A DNA stretch of 64,000 nt, taken from positions 3,256,483-3,320,482 of the forward strand of contig SMSO01000032.1 in NCBI GenBank assembly GCA_004764695.1, read 5' to 3'. Positions 35,574 through 47,471 of the stretch are shown here, in pieces (within the stretch, counting starts at the first letter, position 1; every line of letters begins with the position of its first letter). The stretch is from Schizochytrium sp. TIO01 (Eukaryota > Protista > Bigyra: Labyrinthulomycetes). Under the pieces are notes generated by a model. That model had not been told where the DNA came from. It searched no databases and saw nothing but the letters and a program-made list of their open reading frames with translations. A program made the position numbers and the translations under genes.

Positions 35574-37137
35574 GAAATCCAAGTTCAGGGTCAAGATCCG
35601 ATACGGAAAGGATAGGTAGGTGCTTATTGACCTACTTATTTACTTGCTTGGTCTTCTGCCTTACCTATTGTCTGCCTGCGGGGTACAGAAGCGGTCGCTT
35701 TGACTGATGGGTTTACCGCCTACACGATCTTCTTCTTTGATCTTTTAAACCAAAAGAAGAAGAAGAAGAGAGCAAAATTCGATCAACCGAAATCGCAGTT
35801 GCTCTCTTGTCAGGTAGGCGGTAATCTTCAACGAGCGAGACTGAGAATTAATTCCCTCTTCGGGTGTGATTGTGAAACTTTTGGATGGCGATACGGATGG
35901 CACCACCTCCATGTTTATAGATTGTTTATAAATTTTAATTTAATTTAATTTATAATTTAAAATAATAAAACTAAAAAGTAAATACTAATGACATGGCCAA
36001 AAGACGGCGATGGGTGCGTATGCGTCAGCCGAAAGATAAAGAAAGTCAGCCTTGCGCTGACTGTACTGCCGCTGCCACGAAAGTTTTTGCGAAAAAAAAA
36101 AACAAGGTTGCGGTTTCCGTTGCGTGCTAGACGCATCAATAAGCTATTGAGCGACTAGAACCAACACTCTCGCAGCAAACTTCATAGATATGTAGGGCCG
36201 AGGTAATTCGCTCTTTTCTTCTTTCTCTTATAGTTATACACATGTAAATATTATTTTTAAAAAATGTTTTTCAATTTCTAAAATAGAAAATTAAACAAAG
36301 AGACATATTCAGTTTTTATTTATCTTATTAAATAATAATGAAAAGGCAAGTTTGAAGAATACAATATCTGCACTAGTACCGTCAATTATTTTTGTCTAGG
36401 ATCTGCTTTTGCACTGATTTCGATTCTGACGGGATGAATATCAGACAAACAAATCCTATTTGTGCTCGAGGCGACAGCATCTGCCGTTGGATCCATCTAT
36501 CGGCTGTCATAACCAACAAGTCCTTCGCTACGTCCTGCTCGTCGTCGTGCGTGCTCTCGAGAGGAAGCAGTAGCAGATAGATACGTAAGTCTTCAGCGAA
36601 GAACGCGAAGTTCTAAAGAACAGAACCTTTAGGTGATAAAGAAAAGGCAGCATAGAGAAGCTTTTGTGCGGCCGTGCTTTAGAATTTTAACTTTTCACGA
36701 AAAGGTTTGGAAAAAAAGAAAAGAAAAGAAAAAAAGACGTAGTGCAGTAAGAGGTGGGTAAGTGCAATTAAGGGTTCCGCTTCGTTGTATGACCTGGGTT
36801 AGATTGTAGTGCAATTCCTCTTTGGACCGCGTGAGAGAACGGCCTTGGCGGGGCCTGGCTCTACAAGCCCGTGGTGTCCAAGTTCTGTTCTTGCACTATT
36901 CCTGTCTTTGCCAAACCTCGATCGCTCGTCTGTGAGCTTGACAAACTAGTTGCACGGAGACCAACAGATCAGCCAGCGACTGGTCGAAGGTCAACGCTTG
37001 CTTGGTTGCTTGGTTGACTTGGAAGGCAAGCAAGCAAACAAGCAACGAGGACTGAAGAACACGGGGCTCAACTTTGATTATTGCAAAAGACCATCGTTTG
37101 CATTTGCGTCTGTATTTGCATTTTTTGTGCTGGGACG

Positions 37138-38268
37138 ATGGAGGCACACTCAGGGAGCATGTCCACCTTGGACATTTTCGTGATCCGGGTCGCACCGATC
37201 GCAGGAGTGGTTGTCTCGACGCTTCTGCACCTCGGTCCGATGCACGCTGTGCTGAAAGCAAGGCGAACGGGTAAACTCTCAGGCGTGGACCCTTTGCTTT
37301 TCGCGCTGTCTACTCCACAAGCTACGATTTGGTGCGTTTACGGGTGCTTGATAAATAATGCGTACTATCTTTTAGGATGCATTGGCGGCGTGCTCCTCGG
37401 CACCTTCTACTTGATGTCTGTGATGCAGCTTGTAGAAAGCAAGTCTATGGCCAGGAAAATGGAGGTTGTTCTCCTAAGCCAGTTGGTTCTGACTGCATGC
37501 ATTGCAATTACCAGCATGTTCGATAAAGCCATCGCAACGCAAGCTGCTGGTATGGATTGCCTGATCACATCACTCATCCTCTCAGGACAGCCACTAGCGA
37601 ATGTTCGCACAATTATAATTACCAGAGACGCATCCATGATCAACAAAGGGTTTCTCTGTATGCAAATTCTTTCAGGGTGTCTCTGGACAATCTACTCTAT
37701 CTTTGACTTTGATGTATTTGTCATCATCCCAAGTCTGGCTAGCTTTGTCTTAGGCATCTTGCAGCTGTCTGTAATTTTCCTATTCCACAGGAGACAGCCG
37801 CACCAGCCGGAGGATGTTTTATCTCTCGAAGACAACTCCCTGCACACGCCCCTGGCGTGCTCCGTAGACACCTGTTATCAGCCCCCCGCTTCTTACGCAG
37901 GTGAATCGGCGGCAAACCTTCCGACAGCGAGTTGTATCAATCTTACACTTGATAAGCTTAGCTCACCATCTCCACGTCTGAACGCAATGCGCAACGTGGA
38001 CGCAGCCACATCACCTGGGTTTTTCTGTTCCCCGCCTTCTCCTGGATTATTCTGTTCTCCCCCGATGTCAGAATCTTTCCAACGCTCTGGAGACTTCAAT
38101 TCCGAGTTAAGCCTTCGATCCGATATCGACACTGGCAATGATGTCATTCCCAACGATGTTGTCCCCATTATGATTCTCGAGCCATCTGATATGCTGCATT
38201 TGCAATCCCAGCATCTCCTGCTTGAAGAATCCCACGCAGCTACATCCTCGAACACCGCTCTTGCATGA
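37138..38268 (+). CDS. SWEET/MtN3 family transporter, copy 4 (start 37138 or 37159)
   Basis: HLGPMHAV, GVDPLLF, IWCVYG, TRDASMINKGFL, GCLWTIYS, DVFVIIPS. MSTLDIFV at 37159 aligns with MSFEDVFV of copy 1. Confidence 0.9.
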   Translation: MEAHSGSMSTLDIFVIRVAPIAGVVVSTLLHLGPMHAVLKARRTGKLSGVDPLLFALSTPQATIWCVYGCLINNAYYLLGCIGGVLLGTFYLMSVMQLVESKSMARKMEVVLLSQLVLTACIAITSMFDKAIATQAAGMDCLITSLILSGQPLANVRTIIITRDASMINKGFLCMQILSGCLWTIYSIFDFDVFVIIPSLASFVLGILQLSVIFLFHRRQPHQPEDVLSLEDNSLHTPLACSVDTCYQPPASYAGESAANLPTASCINLTLDKLSSPSPRLNAMRNVDAATSPGFFCSPPSPGLFCSPPMSESFQRSGDFNSELSLRSDIDTGNDVIPNDVVPIMILEPSDMLHLQSQHLLLEESHAATSSNTALA

Positions 38269-39675
38269 GACTGATGCTTTCTTTCTTTATTCTGCTGCTC
38301 TGTAAACTCTTCTGTATTTCCTCCCCCCCTTACCATCATATGTACTTACCTTTCTATATCGACCAAACTTACAAACCTGCCCTGGTACCTTAATGCAATA
38401 AATCATGTATTGTAAATATCATTCAGCATCCTTCAAGTTTTAAAATTCATTAAATATACAGAACAACTTTTCCTTGCTCTAACTCTTGTTCCTTGCATGA
38501 CTCTCACAACTTTAGGCACGATTTTATCGCGTGATTCTTCACAAACTACAACCATGTCATTCGTCCGGTGAGCAAATTTGGTTAGTCTTGCACAGACAGT
38601 TAGTTAGAGATGGCGGTGCCCCTTTGGTTGCCAAGGTCTTCAAGTCAACCAGTTTGTACCTCCCCCGGAATGAGAGAAAGCTCAAGCGACAGCAGGAAAT
38701 TTTGCCTAATCGGTGAGTTAATTGTATCTCAATCTTGATCTTTGAGTTCATCTAAACCCAAAGGCGCTGTTCATGCTGCAGCCCGCAAGTAGTCGTCACT
38801 ATCAATGCTTAGCATACTAAATGCACTAACAAAATAAAAAGACTTAGACTTCGAAGAACAACAAATGACCCAAGAGCCTCAGAAACGAAAGAGACTTCCC
38901 CAGTAGATACGTATTATAGCCCAATGAACGACTCTTTATGCGATGTAGATAGACCTTTTGCAGCAGCAACATAACATACTTGGATCGATAATCGACGCAC
39001 TCAACACTCCAGCCCAATGTTAATTTCGAGGCTTGATCGCTTTGCTTCCCTTCTCATCATTCCCATTCATGACCACTTCAACACTATTGTCCTCATAATC
39101 TAAACCGTAGGAGTGCGCAGTTGCTGCGTAGGCATCGGACATGATCAAATTGCGATGCCGTCGCAACTAACTTGAAGACGGTTCTTTCCTTGTGCCCTCC
39201 AACGACGGCTGCACTTGTTCCGGCGTTGTCCACTGTTTTCTTTCTTCCACAAATCAGGCGTTTTCTCCTTTTCCTATGGGAGCGACGAAGAGTGAAAACG
39301 ATTTGAAGAGCGCAGGAACTTCAGTAAACTTCTTTTTAATGCGTTTTTTTAATTTAAATTTTAAAGTAAGATTTTTGGCTTCTATGAAGGAGCAGAGTGA
39401 CGAAAGGGAAAAAATGGGACAACGCAAGAAAAGAAAAACCTCCGTCAATCTCCATATTCCGTCTACAAACGTGCTACTTTTCTGGGCAGAATGTTTACTA
39501 CTCCGCGGTTATTTTAAAAATAAAAATCGCCAACATAGCGCCTCAAAGGCTCGAGATCACCCGAACGGTGCTTCTGTAGGTACTCAATGTAAAGTCGTTT
39601 GGGGAAAAGGTGTATATTTCCATGTGATGCGAGGCCGTGTGTAGATACGTGTAAGAAATAAGAATGTGCCAAGCA

Positions 39676-41660
39676 TCAAACTTGTGACTTAGAAGACGAG
39701 TTTATAATTTCATACAAGATGCGTATCGTGCGAAAATCTCCATTCGGGATTGGGTGGATTTCGAGAAAATCAGCATAGAAGGCAGTGATCTCGTCAATGG
39801 TGGTAATTGGCCTTCGTAATAGAGCGTTTGTCACCGGATCAATCCTCGCGGGTTCCAAGTAGGGTACGACTTTTGATTTCCATTAATATTTGCTTACTCC
39901 TCGTACCGTTTGCAAATGCAAAAGATATTACTCGGTGCAACCAATTGGCTCTGGCTGGTGGAAAGTTATTGACTTTTAACGATAGCAAGTGGTGAACGAA
40001 ATAATCAAGCAGTATTTCTTCATCTTTGACTTCCGTGTGTACAATTCTGTTCATTTGTTTTATCATTTTATAGTTACTGGGATCATTGTTATAGCACTTG
40101 GTTTAAGCCCTTATCATCCCAGGCCTTCTAATGAATTGGAATTATCATGTGACATCCTTAATAAAATGATCTCTGTCAAGCACATGAACAAAGCTATAGG
40201 CAGCCCTAGCGTGTGTTTCGGGGTCCTCATCAGAATCAAAGATGCTACCGTCTTTCAGTAAATTCCCAAAGACCTCGAAGCTATCGGGTATAGGAAAGCT
40301 CAATTTTAGCCAGACCAAAGAACGACTCATCATTTGGTCGTCGTTAGATCCACTGGGTTCTGTAAGACCTCGAGGTTCTACAATGAATGAGCCCTTTGTG
40401 TGGTTCCTCAACGGGCTCAATTAGAACGATCGGGAGCTTTGTGTACCTATATATTTATTCCGTTGTCCATTCAATGTGCCGAGGAGAGTCGGAGACAAAG
40501 CAAGTTTGTTGTTGTCGTCGTCGCAGAAGCCTTCCATAGCCTGAACTGTAGACTTGCTCACAAGGTCACAGACTTGTGCATTTCCAAAATGCAACAAATC
40601 GGGCCTTTCAATAGAATGCAATTTGACCAAACCGCTCGATTGATCAGCCAAGGCCTTCGTAGTATGGGAAGCAGAATGGGAAACACCGAGTGAGTTCGCC
40701 TCATCTATTGTATTGTAGTTGTCATAAAGGCTGTTCCGGAGGTTTGATCGCTGGATACCCTCCGCAGGTTCTACTGTTGCTTCAACGCACCGCCGCCTGC
40801 CATTGGAAATCGTAAAAGTAAACAATTCGCAACCTCTATCATCGCAAAAGTAAATTTCAAAGTGAAGATTGCCAGCGTCGTAGAAAATAGCATTTTGATG
40901 TACCTTATAAGGTTCTTCCTCGGCAACAGCAAGGTATCATCCGCCAAGGTCAGCAGCTTCGTAATAGACTCTTTGGCGGGCGTCCATTGTCATATTGACC
41001 CAGTAATCACACCATAGACCCTGGAAAAATTCCTGTCACCTTGTGTGATCGGCCGGGGTGCTGAACTAAGGTCTTGGACCTCCTGAGTGGCTATCTTCAA
41101 TACTTCGCTGCGAGCTTGAAATATCTGCGTGAGAACCTTTTCTCGATCGTATAAATACTCACAGTAACCCTTAACATTTAGAAAACGGTCTTTGTTAAAT
41201 TCGGACAATTCGCCAAACAATTTCTGCTCGCTACCATCATTGGCCGCCTCTTCAAGTTGCTCGATCTTCTCCTCTATTCATTTGAGCTTCATGCTCGCCT
41301 CATTATATTCTTGTAGGGCGCACTGTCAGCCTTGTCCAGCTTTGCTTGGTTTTGCATAACCTTATTTTCAGGGACAGAATCTAAACGCCCATATTGACCT
41401 TCGCGAACAGCGCACTCCCACGATTGCCTGCCGCTTTGGCTCTTGTCGCACCCCCGTTTGTCGCCGCACTGCCATTACCGCGTTTGGTGCTTTGACGGCT
41501 TTTGTCCTAGGCGCGGCGAGGAGTTCTTCACCGTAGAGTCATTGAGCAGTGCGAGAAACTCATCGATTGATAAGTTCAGGCCTAGATCCTTTACGTGGTA
41601 CGAGCCAGTCTTCATGGGCAAACTTGAACTTCGTGAGCTTGGAGTATAGAGCTCCATCTG
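39676..41660 (-). pseudogene. Fragmented minus-strand gene ending in a degenerate Fic/Doc-like motif
   Basis: Chain of same-strand, protein-like ORF pieces (41475-41657, 40990-41220, 40421-40920, 40145-40420, 39839-40066, 39676-39858) broken by stops and frameshifts. Last piece reads FYADFLEIHPIPNGDFRTIRIL, compared with Fic HPFxDGNGRxxR. Confidence 0.45.
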
Positions 41661-44600
41661 CGGTTACCAAGCTACCGTGCGTGAGAGCCTTGAGAAAGCT
41701 CTGAGTTACATTTTGCTCGGCATATTCGTCTGTTTTCTCATGAATTTGATGCCGTCAGATTCTCTAAAGAAGATTTGTTTTCAAGTTATTTTATTTAGAA
41801 AAATTAAATTAAAATGGGAGCAATAACATCATTAAAACGAATAATAAACGTAAGTAGTAATAATCGTAGGTACCTTTGTACACACCCGAGATCGATTGAG
41901 CTTCTTTCACTCTGCTGCCCGCTCATTTCTCAATTGCCTAAAGGGCGACCGACGTCAATAGATCCTCTCAGAGCAGCAGAAGACTTCTCAAGGTCGACCC
42001 TCTTTCGCCTCTTTCAGTCGCCAATCGGTCGAGTCCCTGATCGATCGCAAGTAAGGTCGACTTCAAGTCCGCTCGAAGTTTCTTCTCTCAACTCCTTTCG
42101 ATAAACAACGAGAGTCGATGGCGTGAACCGGAATACGCGCGGTCCGCTGACATTCGCGCAGGATCTCGTTAGGCGTGGAGAAAAGTTGAGAGCGCTCCGC
42201 ACAGGTGGCATCGCCCCGCCGGACCAGGCGCATATTCGCAGCGGGCCAAGCAACTCCAGGGCCAAGCAACTCCTCGGTCTTGCGCGACCAGGTTTCTTCC
42301 ACATTGCGTCAAAGTGCTGCGTTATCAATCACCTTGAACCAGAATTGAATGATTCTGGTCCTCAAGTCCTGTAACCTATAAGTTGAGGAGTGAGTTTTAC
42401 AGCTCGCTGACGCTGTTTGCTGCGTAGTTTTGGTTTGCCTCAACGGCGCAGTCTTTGAGTTAATCATGTCGGAGGTCCTGAGGAAAATGCGAATCAATCC
42501 AATGATCTGACTTGAACTTGACTTGACCTGAAGATGTCAGTGCATGGAATCCTGTGTGCTACTGCATTTGTGCGCCACGACAACATCGTGTCAGCTTTGC
42601 AGACCTCTGTAAACTTGTGCACGCATATGAGAGCGTTGAAACCGAGGCGAGTTGCAGGAATGAATCGCAGTCCAGTGAGCGATGATCTCGCAATACCTCG
42701 ATTTGCAACGCAGCTCCGGAAGGGTGCACCAAGGTTTTTGTGGACGCGGGTAGGTAGGTTCTTAGGTACGTGCCGTACGGCCGATGCTAGGTAACGGTTA
42801 GCCAGAGGACTCCGACAGCGCAACTGACAAGCGATCGATTGGCCTGAGCAAAAGCTCGCAAGAATTCGTACTTGCGAAGGCAGAGAAGGTGGAGTAAAGA
42901 GAGCATCTCTAGCGACGAAGTTTTATTTCCTGGAGTAACAACCGATTTATCAAAAGCAACGTAGACTTGGCTAGACCTGGTGAGGTGTAGTGGCATTGGG
43001 CATAATCAGGGGAGACAATACAGCATGGTGGCCTTTCCTTTCCACTAAAACGCCAAGCCAGCTTTGTTGCGCTTTACCTTTTCTTGCAAGTTGCGCTGAT
43101 AAAGTCTTCGTGCGAAACGCCTTTAAATGTTTTCGTGGCAAGCCTGCGCGGAGGACTTGAAGAGCTTCAACGTTCATTCATGAGACCCACCGCGCGAATC
43201 GAGTTGATCATCCCCTGGGTCACTATCATTGCCGCAAACATTTCGCGCTTATTGCGGCACGACCTAAGGATCGCAACGGCCTAGAAACAATCCACAATGA
43301 TCATGCCAAAATCTTGGAGCAAACAAGCTTTGTGAGTAAACGTAGACACCTGCTACGTACATTTGTTTCACATTTGTGCTTCAACTTGTGGCTTCAACTT
43401 GTATGCTTTTAAGCCCTCACTTTTCGTACTGCCAAGCCAAGACTTCTCACGGCTCTTCCTCTTTTGCGAGCAGGCACAATAATAATAAGTGTTGTTTGTT
43501 TGTTTGTTTGTTTATTTTAGGGTTGGTAAAGGTAACAGCTTTCTTTAGAAAAAGAATAAAATGAAAAGGATTTTTTATTCTTTTTTTCAACTCACAACAG
43601 CACAAGAAACTTCAAGCGCTTTATGTTGAGGCTTTTGAGCCCGCTGGAAAGCTTCGCCTTAGTCGCTACCCGAGAAATAAACCTCGTGCTCATAAAGATC
43701 GCAGCAGCCAGTGCATTGACAATCATGACCTGGTGCTCTGTGGCAGCACAAAAGCTAACTATACAGAGAATGTCGATATTTTACTCGTAGATACCTACCT
43801 AGTATCAAACAGTAATCACCATGAAGACCATCTTTTTGGTCAAATAAAAGAAAAAGAAAAGAAAAGAAAAGAAAACCACAAATGCCTAAGTATCTGTTTG
43901 TCTTACTAATACCATTCGTAGCCGTGAACGGTGTAATGGCACCAATGTACTCTCGTAAGGTTTTCATTAGTTGGTCCCTATTCCCTACATAGAGCGTTTT
44001 CTTTTCAATAGTCTGTTTGTTCGAGGAAAGTTAAAAAATATGGACTACTCCATAAACCGCAAACAACTCACAATCATGAGATCAAACAAGCTCAAGCTCG
44101 AAGATTTCTTCAAGCTAATCTACCCATCGTAGGGATGCTGCCTTGGCCGCAGGAAGAAGAATAAAGCAACGCAAGTGTCGAATGCCTCGAACATTCGTTT
44201 TGCGCTACCAAAAGTACCGCCATAAAACCCTCCATCGTCTAGACCTTGGAGTTGCTTGGCCCGCTTTAGCGTGGCTGGAGCTTCTGAACGGATGCTCTCA
44301 GGTACGAGACCTCCGTTCGCTGCACAAGCAGATCAAACTCAGGTCACAATTGCATTGAAGAGATCGCCAAGGGTGTCATTCAAGAGATATGTTGTCGAGC
44401 GAGAATGTGTTTGGGTGACGACCGATGACGGATGATTCTGAGTTTGGGCTAGAAGTTTACATTCAAGTTTAAAGTTAGTTGTCTTCAAGAGAGCGCCTTG
44501 AAGTTGGCACGCACCCCTGGTGGAGCAGTAGCTACCTACTCAGGTAAGCTACTACGTCGCACTAGCTGGAGCTCGGCAGAGATGATGTGTTGAGAAACGT

Positions 44601-45768
44601 TGTAAGTTTACGAAAAGGTTTATTTATAATAAGAATAGTCAATCTCTGACTAGTGAGGTTAAAATTTAGGGAGACCCCGAGTTTGGAACTTGAACAGAGA
44701 CTGCTTCGTTTGGAGAAAACAAACTCTGGCCTTGGGATTTAACAATTCGAGCAGCTGCAAGAAAAGGACGACACTACTTTTGAAGTAGGATTGGTGCTGC
44801 GAATCTGCGTCTCTGAGTTTTCAGCGTATCGTTTTCTGAGCAATCTATAGCACCCCAATCAACACTGGAACTCTGCTGCAAGTGCGCACGGCTCCATTCC
44901 AAGATGTACTTGTTGATCAAGCAAACGGACGCCTTAACAACTTGAAAGTCTATGAAAATGACATAGAGAAGCTCTTCAAGCTGAGGTGATGCTAGAGTTT
45001 TCACTCTGTGAATATATGGATTTAGCTGGTGGGAGGGCAAAGCTGCGTGCTTCTGATCAGTAGCACCAATATTCTTTCAAGTCTTCAGAGCAAGAAATTT
45101 ATATATATATATATATATATTATTCTATTTATTTTTTACAATTTTTTTTTTAAAATGAAAAGCTAGAGTGAGAGTGCTGCCCTACCTACTCTGCCACTGA
45201 CGCGCGCATACCCCAACGTCCCCCCTTTTAAAGGGAAGGTTTGCTTTCTTCTCTCTTAACTTACTTACGCATGCTTTTCGGAACTCCATCGCTTCGCCCC
45301 TTCTGTTCACTAGCATATAAACTCACTCTGGATTACCGCCCTAGAATTTTTTTGTAGTTCCTCTCACCACTCACTACATGTCCAAAAAAAATGATTCAAC
45401 CTAAAAGCAATTCTGTAGGAGCAGTAAAACCAAATCTCCGGGTTTGGGGCAGCCAAGTAGTTGTTTACCAGGAACAGTGTTTGTGGGAAACCCTCGTCAG
45501 TAAACCATCGAGACCGCACGCAGCACACATTGAAAAGCAAGGCGCAACCTTTTGAAGTAACGAAGCCTGCTACTGTGTAAGAAAAATATTTGTCCGAGAA
45601 TCGAGTTATCAAGGGACGTAATTTTCATTGATTTGAAAGTAGAAAAGGTCCACGGAATCAGCTACTACACAGGTACCCACTCACGCAGTCCAAGAGCTTG
45701 AGTTATAGAAGCAGAAGTAGACGCTACGACTCTTCATTGTCTCATTGATCTGAGTGACGTACATAATC

Positions 45769-47010
45769 ATGAGCGATTCGGAAACACGTACAGAGTTCTT
45801 TGTGAACCAAGTCGCCCCAGTGGTGGGAATGTGCTTGTCTACACTAATGTACTTTGGTCCGATGTATGCCGTCATTGAGGTTCGTAAACGTGGGCGCATT
45901 GGAAGTCTTGACCCCGTCCTCTTTGCCATGACTACCCCGCAAGCCCTTGAAGTGGCATTGTATGGTTGTCTCGTACAGAACATTTATTACACAGTTGGTG
46001 CAACCGTTGGTTCTGTCTTGGGCGTTTTTTATTTACTTACAGCAATTAATCTTACAACGAGCAAGGAACAAGTCCGCAAAGTCGAGATATTTTTGCTTCC
46101 ACAGCTTGTCATTGTGGCCGCAATTGTTCTTCTTTCCTTTGCTCGCGCTGATGTTGCCACGCAAGCTGCAGGGTACACTAGTTTGCTTTCGTCTCTTGCG
46201 CTCTACGGCACTCCGTTTCTTAATCTACGCCGAATGATCATTGAAAAGGATGCGTCCTCCATCAATCGAGGATTTCTTTTCATGCAGATTGTTTCAGGTA
46301 CAATGTGGTCTTTGTATTCCTTTTGGGATTTTGACCCATTTGTCTTCATCCCGGGTATTGTCAGTTTATCATTTGGCATTGGTCAGACCGTGCTTGTTAT
46401 TATTTATGGAAGGGGGCGTAAGCGCCAGCCCGAGCTTGCAGAAACCAACCCAACCACTCTACCGAACGGAGATCTTGAGGATGGGTACCATGCTCCTCAC
46501 GTTTCTTGGTATGATAGCAAGGATAACTCAGGTTCTAGCACTTCTGTAGCGGGATTAGACCAAGCCATAGCTGCATCTGAGAATGAGGCGGTATCTTCAA
46601 AGTCCTCGTCTGCCGCCCCGGCGTCTGCATTGGAGCCGTACCCGCACCAATTCCATCAACAAAACTTAGAAAGGGATCATCAGGTCATTGCCACCGAGCG
46701 GAGAGCACATTCAAATGCAGCTGAGATGATTTCAGCAAGTGCACCAGGTGTACCCGTTGCCCCCATGTTATCTCCACATCATGGTATCAACGCTGGTTCT
46801 CCGCTCATGGGACCCTCTATTGCGGCTTCTCATATGCCTGATCCCTTGCGTGGATCCCCTGTTATTCGCCCTGCACCCTTGCCTGTTATGCTAGAACTAG
46901 CACCCTCAATTGATCTCAATGATGGAACTTCTTCTACGGTCACTACTGCCGCTTCTGGTCCACACGAAAGCGTCAAGCCCTCAACCAGTATGGATTTGGC
47001 TTCCGCATAA
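45769..47010 (+). CDS. SWEET/MtN3 family transporter, copy 5
   Basis: ATG at 45769. YFGPMYAV, SLDPVLF, YGTPFLNLRRMIIEKDASSINRGFL, GTMWSLYS, DPFVFIPG; Ala/Ser/Pro-rich tail. Confidence 0.9.
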   Translation: MSDSETRTEFFVNQVAPVVGMCLSTLMYFGPMYAVIEVRKRGRIGSLDPVLFAMTTPQALEVALYGCLVQNIYYTVGATVGSVLGVFYLLTAINLTTSKEQVRKVEIFLLPQLVIVAAIVLLSFARADVATQAAGYTSLLSSLALYGTPFLNLRRMIIEKDASSINRGFLFMQIVSGTMWSLYSFWDFDPFVFIPGIVSLSFGIGQTVLVIIYGRGRKRQPELAETNPTTLPNGDLEDGYHAPHVSWYDSKDNSGSSTSVAGLDQAIAASENEAVSSKSSSAAPASALEPYPHQFHQQNLERDHQVIATERRAHSNAAEMISASAPGVPVAPMLSPHHGINAGSPLMGPSIAASHMPDPLRGSPVIRPAPLPVMLELAPSIDLNDGTSSTVTTAASGPHESVKPSTSMDLASA

Positions 47011-47471
47011 GCGTCCAAACAACTGTTCTACTGATCTATTCCTACCAATTTCTCGCCTTCAAATGTGGATTTTATTGTAAAAGAAGAATGTTATCCGCAC
47101 ACCGAGCGATCACTGCATACTTTTCCTGCAAAACACATCCCACTCAACAGGGGAGAGATACCTGTAAACCTGCCAATGAAAAACTGGCTGATATTGTTCT
47201 TGATAGCGATTAAAATTAAGTAAAAAATCAGCCTTCTATATCTACGCTTTTTCTTGGAGCAACATACGTTCCTATTTCGACCAAGTCGGAAGCACACGTT
47301 TATGTATTAACTTTGTACACAAACAATGTCATCACCATTTTGGTCTACCCACTTGCAAGAACGTTTGTACTTTAATATTAAAATACATATGTCTATAATT
47401 CCCTATTCTAATGACCAAAATTGAAGGATTTGCAAATCCTCACGAACCTCTGTAGCAATTTGTTTGTAACC

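Noticed and set aside
41900-43300. Possible transposase or retroelement remnant
   Set aside because: No DDE, RT (YxDD), integrase or tyrosine recombinase motif and no clear TIR/LTR found in the frames read.
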